A stretch of DNA of 64,000 nucleotides from Sphaerodactylus townsendi (Eukaryota), in the NCBI RefSeq assembly GCF_021028975.2, contig NC_059427.1, forward strand, positions 135,222,001 to 135,286,000, given 5' to 3'. Positions 1 to 11,500 of the stretch are shown in pieces. How positions within the stretch are numbered: position 1 is the first letter of the stretch; every line of letters begins with the position of its first letter. The notes under the pieces were generated by a model. The model was not told the DNA's origin. It saw nothing but the letters and a program-made list of their open reading frames with translations, and did no database searches. The translations under genes and the position numbers were made by a program.

Positions 1-881
1 GGATTTTCGGTGGACAAGTGTAGAAGGGGATTTTTAAAAGGGAGGCCCAGAAATCTGTTCTGCAGAATTTAAGACACCTAAATATGGTTCATCAAGGGGT
101 TGCTGCTGTCACCTGATTAACGAGCCTGAATAATTTAACCATTTCAAACAATAAACCTGAACCCAAATAACAAACTGGTATTTGGGACTGAAATATCCTG
201 GGATGTCAGTAGTTATATCCAATGGCATCCTCCCTGGTATTCAAAAAAATACCAACTATTTTTTAGGTGCATATCTCTAGCAGTCAGGCCATTGGCTGTT
301 TTGGCGAGAGAAGTTTTGTGGTCACAATGATTCTCTGCCCAGTCCATACAATTTGGGACCTCCCTTTAGCTCATTCTCTATTCATGAAGGTGGAAGGGAA
401 TGGATAGATTCTATATAGATCTTTACATAATCTGACCTGGTTGAGTCAACAAAAGAAAGAAAAGGGAACAGACTGCAGTGTAAGACCACCAGACCTAAGT
501 TAAACTGCTGGCAGATCATGTTCTCTTTGGGGGCATGGCCTCAGAAATTGGAAAAGCTCCCTCCCATTCTGAGGTTTAAATAAATTTGTGGGCCTTACTA
601 TCGCCTACTGATGGACAGAACTATCCATTCCAGGATTACCCCACTGGTGGAGAAAACTGGTATTTCAAAATAGTTCTTATTGAAATAAATTCAAATTTAT
701 CATAATCCTGTAATTAATCCTTCAGAAACTAGATCTTAGTTAGTGGAGCTGATGCTGTTTTAAGTTTTTAAGTACTGATATAAGGTTGTGCTTTCTACTT
801 CCTCCTTTTTAGTTTCCTTACAGTTTTATATCATACTCCTAAATAAATTACATTAAAGTGTTACTTTACCAAACATAAATC

Positions 882-894
882 TTTATTCTTTATT
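882..894 (-). terminator. Probable ABCA5 polyadenylation signals (tandem AATAAA)
   Basis: Plus strand has tttatt at 882-887 and 889-894, followed on the minus strand by U/GU-rich sequence, ~1.55 kb after the stop. This is inferred; there is no transcript evidence. Confidence 0.55.
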
Positions 895-2424
895 CCTTAT
901 AATTTCTTGTATCAGTGATACTGGAATAAATTCATTATCATCATTATTACATCACAACAAAGAGAACTACAACATTCTGATGCATATAGCTACAGTTTCA
1001 TTGTCAAGGAGAGACCCTGAAAACGGAACACGGGAAAGCCCACCAAATGTGATAGACATTGTTATGGTGAAACTCAGTTAAAAGGAACAATGATTTAACA
1101 AGCTATATGCCAATAGGAAGTATACAAAGAGACTTAGCCATTTGGTTTTCACAGTTTGATTAGTAAATGTGAAACCTATTTTTAGTGCAAACTCTATTTA
1201 AATGTACCTATTCATGCAGTTTAGGCTTCTGTGCGACTTGCAACAGCAACACAATTTTGACTTGCCATTCAGAACGAACAAGTATGTAACTGGTACTTTA
1301 TACTACATTAAATGTACATTGGAATATAACTGGACTTCATCGAACAACAAACTTTAAATCAGAGTGGCAAGTACAATGTGACTTCATCTCTTCCAAATTT
1401 ACTCACTTTGCTTGATGTGTTATAGATCATGTGACTACTGTTCAGACCTGATAGCCCAAAAGGAGGGGTGGGCATGCCGAGAATATTAAATATGCTAGTT
1501 ACTGATTCTGCAGCACAAGTACTTTGAAAAAGTACTGTAATCAGTCAGTGGACAAGAGCTTCAACCCTGATGCTAACTGAGATAGTGCATGGCTTCAAAC
1601 ACACACACAGAAAACAAAGATTAACTGGAGACTTCAACTTGAAGAGGAAATTCACACTTGGATCTCAATCAGAGTGCTTGTTATTAGAGACAATTTCCAG
1701 AAGAAACAAACACAGAATGAATTCAAAGTATTCTATTTGGTGGCTTTTTAAAAGTTAAGGTGTACCTGAGCTGCAAGCCACTTAACCATTAGCTGCTAAA
1801 TGATTTTAGTTAGATAAAAATTGAGACAAAATTTATAAGGAACCAGTAAATTTGCAAACACTGCAAAGCCTGAGTTAGGTTATTATCAATAACCATTATT
1901 CTGCAGATCATCAATGGATGTCACCAAAGGCTCTGTGTCTTCTGAAAATGATATGCATCAAGCTACAGAAAGACAGCTTATAGGCTAATTTTAATGAAAT
2001 TTGTAGTAGCTCATTGATATTGCAGATATTACATGCTGTGTGACTGTTGAAATTTAACATGACAACGTCCCAAAAAGGAAAATTGCCCCAAATGATTACA
2101 TTTTACATTACCCTTGTTTCTGCCATTGCTATAAACCCAAACAGAAAGAAGAAATATGTTGGGCTTACTAACTTTATGGAAAAAGAACAGGCCACATATC
2201 ATTAAAAAGAGACACTTTAAAACATTTATAACATTGACATAAGGCAAAGGTGAAGAGGCTCTATTTTGTATTTTTCTTCAAGATGCGAGAACCCAGTATT
2301 CTTTAAACTTGCAAGTGCTTTGGATAACGCTCTCAACTCAAAGTGCTCAGTATATACTCCACAAGAACACTTGGAAAAAAACCCCTCTGGATGGAAGCTA
2401 CTGAATTTTATCTTACTGAACACA

Positions 2425-2532
2425 TCAGAAAACTACTTTATCACCCTGGGATCTTTCCCACCAAAGTGTGCTATTTAATGTTCCAAAGCTGCTGTCTTCT
2501 TCTTCTTGTTCTCTGGCGAGTTCAACAAACAC
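2425..2532 (-). CDS. ABCA5: ABCA5 last coding exon (108 nt CDS) [35 protein letters not shown]
   Basis: TAG acceptor at 2533-2535; TGA stop at 2425-2427. Confidence 0.97.
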   Translation of the reverse strand: MFVELAREQEEEDSSFGTLNSTLWWERSQGDKVVF

Positions 2533-5500
2533 CTAAAACGAAGAACAACTGTATTAATACATTATGGTTATAAGTCACATGGATTCTGCTCAGTTCTGCT
2601 TGGGTGGTTGCTTAAATTAATACAAAGTTCCAAACCTTCACAGCAGTGTCTGATGATGTTGAGTTATAGGTGGAATCCCCACTGAGAAATTAAAGCCAGA
2701 TACAACCAAGTTTCAAAAGAAACAGAACTTTTTCATCACGGTTTCTCCCTCCCCACTCTAGCATGTTTCTAGTGAAGACCACAATGTTTATCACGGATTC
2801 AAACAATGTTACACTCCTCATGAACATGAAATCAGCTCAGCAGGTCTGTTCAGATTGACTGTTGTGTTGGGAATTTTTTAAAACTTTTTTTTGCGCAGCT
2901 ATGTCACTATGCACATGCGTAGATAGAATTTCCCCCTTACGCTAAGCTATGTTTATGCGCGGCTTCGAGTTTTTTGGATCTTTTTACCCATGCAGCTGCA
3001 TTGGCATGAAAGTCTAATTTTAGTTTACAGTTGGCACAGAAATCATGTTCCACGCAGCCATGTGTCAAAGTAGCCTCCGCCGGCGCAAAGCCAAAAAAAA
3101 GGCTGCACACACATTGCGCATATCCTGCCACGCTCTGATTGGTTGGAAGGCTCCGCGTCACTCCCTACAGTGGGAAAACAAATCTATATTCAAATCGCAA
3201 ACCTCCCCACCAATCTGGATTTGGTGTGTGTTTTTTAAAAAGGTGCACTTCCATGCAGGTTCTTAAAAAACACATGATAAGGGGGAGAGGGAGCGCCAGA
3301 ACCAGGATGAATCCGTGTTCGGCGATTAAACAGTGGGGAGATCTTGATGAAACCTTGATATTTCATGTGAGTATCACGCGATAAATTGACCATGAGGAAT
3401 TGACCTTAGATCTTTTGTGGACTTAAAAATGCAGAAAAGGGGGAAAAATCTGTACCAGAAGCAATATTTGTAAATACTGTAATACAGTAGCAAAATGGTC
3501 AATAATGTACTCTTAAAATTAGACCAATTTATGAATGTAAATAGTAGTTTATTTTATGTAATCAAGGTTACAGATAAGTTTGAGATGCATAAAAAGACTG
3601 GAATCCATAGAATTGCATGGTAGGTTCCTCTTTCTTAAGCTGCAGCCAAGGGAATAGTAAACTATTTTTATAATTTAAAAAGTAGGTAGCCGTGTTTGTC
3701 CATAGCAAAATCCCCAATCAGAAGCTATTAATCTAGAAGCCATTTATTAAGGTAGCTGAGATTTACCAGACTGAGATATATGACATAAGTATCTGCTATT
3801 CAAAGGAAAATATCTCACACTGTACACTCAAGCATGCTGGGATTTCCAAAGCAGCTCTTTAGCTAATGAGCAATATGTTCAGGGAGGAAACAAAATAAAA
3901 ATAGGAACGAGCAATCCTGTTTTACATTACCTGTTCAAGTGTTGCTTGAGAGAAGCTGTACTCTTCAATATTAAAGGCATGTTTTGCTATTAAAAAGGGC
4001 AGAAAAAAAGAGATTTATTCCTCATTGTCATTAGGTATAACGTGTGACCATATATTTCACAATGTCACATTATTCCTTGATCCAAGCTAAATTCTAAGCA
4101 ACATGATTGATTGGACATTCCATAGGCACCATGATGTGTCCTATGATGGGTTCCTGGAAGCTTCCAGTGAGCTCTAACTTCCATCTTTACAGCCATAGCA
4201 CAAGTTACATAGACTTGTGATTGCATAAGTCAGTTTGTGTTTTCAGCACTCTCTGCATCTCCTGTATATCTTGGAAGCTCCAGATAAGTGTAATAGTTAA
4301 GGATGCAACAGCTAGACCCTTTCTCATGAAAGATTACAGTACGGTTGTGGGTGTCACAACCTCAGAACCTCTAAGCAAGATGGCAGGACCCAAGCTAACT
4401 GTGGCGAGGGTCATGACAGTGGGCGCTGAGACAAAGTAGCAGCAGTGCACGAGTGCATTGAAAAGGAGTGCAGATTCTCTTAAAGAGTCTTACTTATGTG
4501 CTGGCTTCCTCAAAACCTTATTGTCTGCACAGGTAAACATAACACTATGATTTAAAAGAAAGTATATTTATTGCTCCAGACGGCTGTTAACAACACTTTC
4601 ACTTTTCTGAAGTTGCACACACCATTTTGTAGGCTCTGTGAAGCCGCAGGAAGCAAAAAGGTAGGTGCAACTGTAGAAAAACTAAAGTGTTGCTAACAGT
4701 CGTACAGTGCAATCAAAATGCTTTATTTATCAAAGGGCTATGGTTACTGGCGTAGATAATAATGGTTTTGATGAATCTGGTGTGTAAGTAAGACTCTTTA
4801 ACTTAGGAGGTGGGGGAACAGGAAGAGCACTTTGGGGGTGGGCAGTATATTAAATTAAATAAACAAGATGTGGCATTCACATCTTTCTGTCATCTTTTCA
4901 TGAGAAAGGGTATAACCAAAATCAGATTAAGGCCATGAAGAAATTGTACATTAATTTTTCAGGATGCAATCCTGCACTTATTTACATGCTGTGAAGTCAA
5001 CTTGGCTGTGCCCAAGGAAATCATGTTAGGAAAACTGCAAAATTACACTGATTAAAGTCTCAGTTAACCTGAGTGGCTAAGGAGATGATGACATCTGAAT
5101 AAACTACAAGTTTGAATCAAGAAATGTGCTGTTCCTGAACAGAATTGTAATGCCATGAAGTTGAATGATGAATAGACTGGGAGATTACAAGATGGAGTCA
5201 AATTATCAAATTATTTGGGTAATTGAAAAACACATGGTGGTGAGTCTGCTATATAAGGTGACTTCGGAAATTACTACTTCACCTTCCTCCAGTTTAGAAA
5301 ACGATAGTGCAAGTGAATGGACATCTTCCTTGGGTACTTTATAAGCCAAAATGGATGCAAAACTGAAAAACAAAAAATAGACATCATATGCTGCAAAAAC
5401 TGATCAGAATCAATAATCACAGGTGGCTTAAGTAATGTTATCAGAGTTAGATGTTAGCATAAGCAACCTCAAATTGGTCTCAGAAATACAAGCTAAAAAA

Positions 5501-8500
5501 GTTTGATCCGAGATGAATTCCAAACTTTGGACCTTTTCAAATCCCAAATGTCATCACTGCAAGCATAAGGGAATCTGAATGGCTCCGCCCAACTCACCAG
5601 TAATCCCTGGTAACCTGTCCCCTTCTTGTCCTGTTTACCTGACATGCCAGTGGCAACACTAACAGGAGGGTGTCCCTTCCTCCTGTCTGGTGCCTCCTAG
5701 ACTTCTGCAATGGCAGTATTTCAAATGCCAGGACTCCAAGAAAACATTGCAGAACACCCTATAAGCTAAATATCCCTGTGCCTTGAAATCTCAGGTCTCT
5801 TTACACCAAGCCTTCTAAGTTTGAATTATGTACCTCAGAAACTATTTGGACATTTGGGATTATGCTAGAAGTTTTACCCATCCTATCAACGTATTTCTGA
5901 CTGAGTACGTAGGTATAAAAAATGGGATTCAAACGATATACTAATTGCTATTCAAATAAATGCAAATCTTTCAAATACTATGTTTAGAAGACTGCTTTAA
6001 AAAGTAAAAGTGTTTGTTCGCTTGTAATTTTGGGGAAGAAACATTAAACATTTGGGGAAGAAACATTAAACTACTACAAGTACCTTCTTCCTCATTTCAG
6101 GGGAAAAGCAACAAATGAAGTAACTTGAATGAAATTGCTAGATCAAGTAACACAGAAAAGGGTCTGAATTTCATATCAGGATCAGATTTCATCCCCCAAA
6201 ATAGCCAAAGTTTACTTGTTTGCATTTCTAAAGGCACATACATGGAACTGGGGTACAGATAAGTATCTAAAAAGGAAAATGGCTGGTTTTACTTCCTTAA
6301 CTATAAAAAGTTTATTTGAGTATCTGTTACAATATTGTAACCAGGGCATAACCTGAGCCCCTCGGGGGAGGGCCGTATAAAAATCCAATAATAAGTAAAT
6401 AAAAATAAATAAATAAACTGTTAAGAATGTTTCATGTGTCATGTCATAGAAAAAACATAGAAAAATCTCTGCATTTCCCCCTATATCACAAACACATCTG
6501 ACCTTTCAACATCTGCTGGAAATAAGCAAAAGTTACACTTCACAATCCCACACACACAGGACTATGCCACATGCATAATGTTGTTCCTTGATTTCTGATT
6601 TACTAGGAGTGAATTCCCCCTCTTTTACAAGGCAGGTCACAGCCAATATCTACATTTCAGTCTAACAGGAATGTCACCTTAGAGAACAATATCACTTGTA
6701 GTACTGCATCTATTGCAGAACTATAATATGAAATATATTTTAGCAAAATTAATGTGATAGTTTAAATGATTAGTAACACGAAATTCAGAACTCTTTAAAA
6801 AGTTTAAATTACAATTATTTTTCCTTTTTTTTTACTTGTTATGTACAGTTAGTGCTGCCACTGGCATGTTAGTATAATTACTGTTTTTCTTACCTTTCCT
6901 GATGATTTGCATTTGGAAAGATGTGCAAAATCTCCCTTTGAAGACGCTCCTTCAGTTTTGTATCTGGTACTTCTTTCAATTTAATTTCTAAGTAGTATCC
7001 TTTGCCAAATTTACTCTTGAGGTGTTGAACTGTACCAATACATCTATAAATGTTATATATGGGAGTAGAAGAGACAGAGGCAAAAGTGGATTTAAGGTCA
7101 GAATTGTTATGATCTTTTTAAAACATACATCTGTAATTCTCAAACCTGAGATGCCACAATTGTTCAGAAGATACCTTAACTTTCCAGATACCAAGATTGC
7201 CACCCGATCACAAATAGCATCTGCTTCTTCCATATAATGAGTAGTCAGAATAGCGGCTTTCTCTCTCGTTTTAAAGGATGCTCGTATTGCTTTCCTAGAA
7301 CAACGTAATAAAAAAATGAGAGAGCCAGTCTGTCAATGGTTGTTCCTTAAGTAATGCTCTGTGCAGCCACTCATATGGGGGATGATGACTCCGAAAAACA
7401 GCACCAATGACTGTGTTTGCATGACCTGGTACAGGAGATGGATTTTAGAAGCTCACAATCATTATTCTATAATTATTCTATAATTGGGCAAACAACATTT
7501 CCCTGAGATTTTTGAAATTGGCTCCTAATATAAAATGAAATTCTTCGCATGTACCCCAGTCATGAACACTAATAACACCTGCATACAGTGTTTTAATGTT
7601 CAGAATCCAGGAAACTGCGGGTGAGTCAGAGTGCACCAGAACCTTGGTAAACAAAAGATTACGCTCTGGGAAGATTGTTGCTCTAACTGCCCATAATTTA
7701 TGTAAAACAACATATTCTCTACATAAGAAAATCTATGTTGGATCAGACCAAGGCCCATTAAGTCCTTCAGTCTGTTCACATAGTAGCCAACCGGGTGCCT
7801 CTAGGGTCGTTTCCCCACTTACCTGCTGCTGCGCGCTACTCTCCCCAAGTATTTATTTATTTATTTTATTATTTGATTTCGTATACCGCCCTATCCCCAA
7901 AGGGCTCAGGGCGGTGAACAATATAAAAGCATATATAAACATAAATATATAAAAGTTTAAAATTTTCATTCTAAAACAGTATCCCACGAACCCATATGCA
8001 ACCCTCCCAAGAAGAGTGATGGGTCCCGATGATGTTAGGGACCCTATACAGCAGGGGGAGGATGAAAGCAGGGCACCCTCAGCGGCTGGTCTCTCCGAAG
8101 GCCCGGTGGAACAATTCGGTCTTGCAGGGCCCTACAGAACTCTCCAAGGTCCCGCATGGAAGTCCGGACAGCCTGGTGGTCAGAGTGTTCCCACCAGGCA
8201 GGGAGCCTGAGAGCCGTCAAAGGAGCCTGGCCCGAGTGGAGAGCCCAGCCGCATCATTGAAAGGGGCCAAGGGATCTCCAGTAAATTGGCCTCTGCTGAA
8301 GCGCCCAGAAAGTCGACTTCGGGACATATGGAGTATCTGGTCCCGAAGATGCACGAGGTCCCAGGCAGCGTAAGGCCTTAAAGGTCAACACCAACACCTT
8401 GAAGATGATTCGGAGACTCCACTGGGAGCCAATGCAGCTGGTGCAGCTTACAGGCTGGATATGATCCCAGATGGCACTGCCTGTGAGCAGGCGATGCAGC

Positions 8501-11500
8501 TGCATTTTTGGACCAGTTTTAGCTTCCGAATCAGGCGCTTAAGGGAAGGCCAGCAATGTGGAAGCGAGTTACAATAGTCTAGCCTGGAAGTGACCGTTGC
8601 ATGGATCACAGTGGCTAGGTCAGCGTTGGAGAGGAAGGGAGCCAGCCGTCCGGGCCTGTAGAGAAGATGGAAAAAAAGCGCCCAATAACCCGAGGTTAGT
8701 ATGGGCCCACCTGGGTACTCCATTGAAAGAGCCGAATCAGGTGGACCCCCGGGCTGCGAATGGAGGAGGTGGCGCCAATGTGACCCCCCCCTCCCACACC
8801 GGCGGCTGGAAATTCCCCAATCTCTCCCCGGCCAAGCCAGAGGATCTCCGTCTTCGATGGATTAAGTTTTAACCTGCTCTGTTGTAACCCACCCGCGACC
8901 GCCTCAAAACAATGCTGTAGAGCTGCAGGAGGCGGTGACAGCTCCACGCCTCCATGCGACAGAATGAGCTGAGTAATGTCATCCCAGCATACTGATGGCA
9001 GACCAGCCCAAAGCTCCGTACCAACTGAGCGAAGGGGTCGCATATGGATGTTAGATAACAGTGGGGACAACAATGCCCCCACAAGGAGGCACACCACAAT
9101 GAAGCCGGGCACCTCTGGAAAGCTCTGTCCCCACACCACACTTGCTCACTCCGCCCCCGGAGGAACGAGACAATCCATTGAAGGACAGTACCCCCCGGAC
9201 CCGAGGCGGCCGAGGCGGTGGGTGCCAAAAGGTGCGTGGTCGACCACATCAAGCGCTTCGCGGTGAGATCTAACAACGCACCAGCGAGCGCCGATCCACG
9301 CTCGGTCAAGTTGCATACGGAGCGTATCTGGCGACAGCGACGAGAACCGATCTCCCGTCCCATGCCCAGCACGGAAGCCGGACTGGAAGGGGTCGAAAGC
9401 TGATGTTTCATCCAGCGGGAAACCCTGAAGCTGCTCCAACACCACTCTCTCAATTACCTTCCCCAGAAGCGAAAAGATTCGAGGCGAAAGGGCGGTAATG
9501 GTGGCCAGATCAGGATCTAACGATGGTCTTTTCAAGAGTGGGGCGGACCACTGCCTCCCCATTCAACCCACATCTGGAAGACTCCTTGCTCAAGAGAGTC
9601 ATTGATGATTTTTTTCAACAGGTGGGGTCGTAACTCCTCCCGGCAAAGTTTTAATTAGCCAGGAAGGAGCCGCGGATCAAGAGGACAGGTAGTAGGTCCT
9701 AACAGCAGCCAAAGATCCTATCAGCAGCAGCTTGGCAACCCGAACGCGAGGGAAAACCGGGCCAAACAAAGGGCCAGAAGGCGGCAAGGAGAGCCTCCAG
9801 TTCACTAATTGTAAGTTAAGGTGGCAGGAAGGTCCTGGGCGGAGCGACGCGACTTTGTCTGCAAAAAAGCTCATAAATGCCTCACAGCTAATAGCCAATT
9901 CCACGATTTGTAGAACCCTCTGATAAAGAGGTCAAAAGATCGAAAGATTATCAGAGAACAATTGAGCAGGGCGAGAGCTAGCAGATCTCTTGAGAGAGGA
10001 AGAGAAGAAAGCCCTCTTACGCCTCGCTATCGTCGCATGCATCTCATAGAGCTTTCATAAGCGTCCTATAGGATGTTCGCGCAGCTTTTTATCCACGAGC
10101 TTTCCTCCCACACTTTCGGCTCTAGATGTCTGAGCACCCGTTTCATCTGGCGCCAGCTCCTCTGTATACCATGGAGGCCTGCCGTGATGAGCGCAGAGGA
10201 ACGCCGAGGAGCAACAGTCTCGATGGCATCAGAGAGGCGGGAATTCCAATCCTCCCACTTGCTCATCGGAAAGTGTGCGGCGGGTTCAGGGTCCCGCCAG
10301 AGCATTCAGGGGAAACCAATTGGATCCATGTGAAGTCTCTGTGAAGGCGGGCGCATAAAATCGGCCGATACGTCGCGCCCTGAACCCGGAGGCGGTAGCA
10401 GCATGTCAGAAGCTTAGCAGCTTCAGGAGCATGATGGTGAACCGGACCATGGCACTCTATCCAATAGAGGATCACGACCAGATTAACCCCGACCCAAAGA
10501 CCAAATCAAAGCGTGTGCCCGGCCTCATGGGTGCAGGGCCAAGAATTTATTAAGGAGGAGGCCCTAGAGTGCGCCATGGATGACACTAGGTCCGCCTTGC
10601 TCATCCACATAGAGGCGGTGTCGACATGGACATTAGAAGTCACCCAGGACGAATAAGCCTGGGAAACCTCAACGCCCAGTCGGCCACCACCTCTAGCAGC
10701 CGCAGAAGGCCGTCCCCCGGTGCGCTAGGCGACCGGTACACCAGAAGGACCGCCAACCTCTCCATGGCCAACCACTCCAGGCCGACACACTCCATGCCGG
10801 TGATCTCCGGGACGGGGACTGCCCTGAAGGGAATGGAATTGCACTCCCCTCTACAGGGACGGCGACAACGCAGCCGCCCCGACGCTGCCACTGTCGTGCT
10901 CCCTCAGCAGGCCCGGCGTCATTCCTGGCGCACCTCAAAACGGCACCTTTTGATGCCCCCGCGCAGAGCGCGGGGTCGTGGGGAAGCCCAGGAGCACGCC
11001 ACAAATGACGCGCGCTGGGAGTAGCGTGCAGCAAAGGGTGGTCGAGGTAAGTGGGGAAACGACCTAGGAAACCCACAAACAAGCTGCAGCATTCTCCCAC
11101 CTATGGCCCTTTCAACACAGCAAACTCTGAGCGGGTTACAGCCGGGATTAACAAACCTGGTATAGCCCCGGAACCTTCGCATGGTTGGCTGTACCATGGA
11201 AAGCCAGCGCATCGGCCGGGTGTGTGCCTTCGCACGGAGGAACTTTTTTTGGGTAACTTTCCTGAAACTTGCCTCCCTTTGAAACTTATCTCCCAGTGCC
11301 TGCATGGCTCTGCAGGTGGGAGCCGGGAGGGGGAAACTCCCCCCCCCCCAGTTGCATAAGGAACCTTGTAGCAGTGCCGTTCACTCAGCCGCAGCTGCAA
11401 GATGAGTTAAAACAAAGATGAGTTGTAAAACCCGGGGGGGGGGGGGCACAGAGCTGATCCGCATTAGGATCAGGATCTGTGCAAAATTCCCCACCAACCT

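Noticed and set aside
7165-7174. Possible U12-type donors (GTATCTTC here; GTATCATT at 36150-36157)
   Set aside because: Neither matches the strict GTATCCTT consensus, and I saw no U12 branch point.
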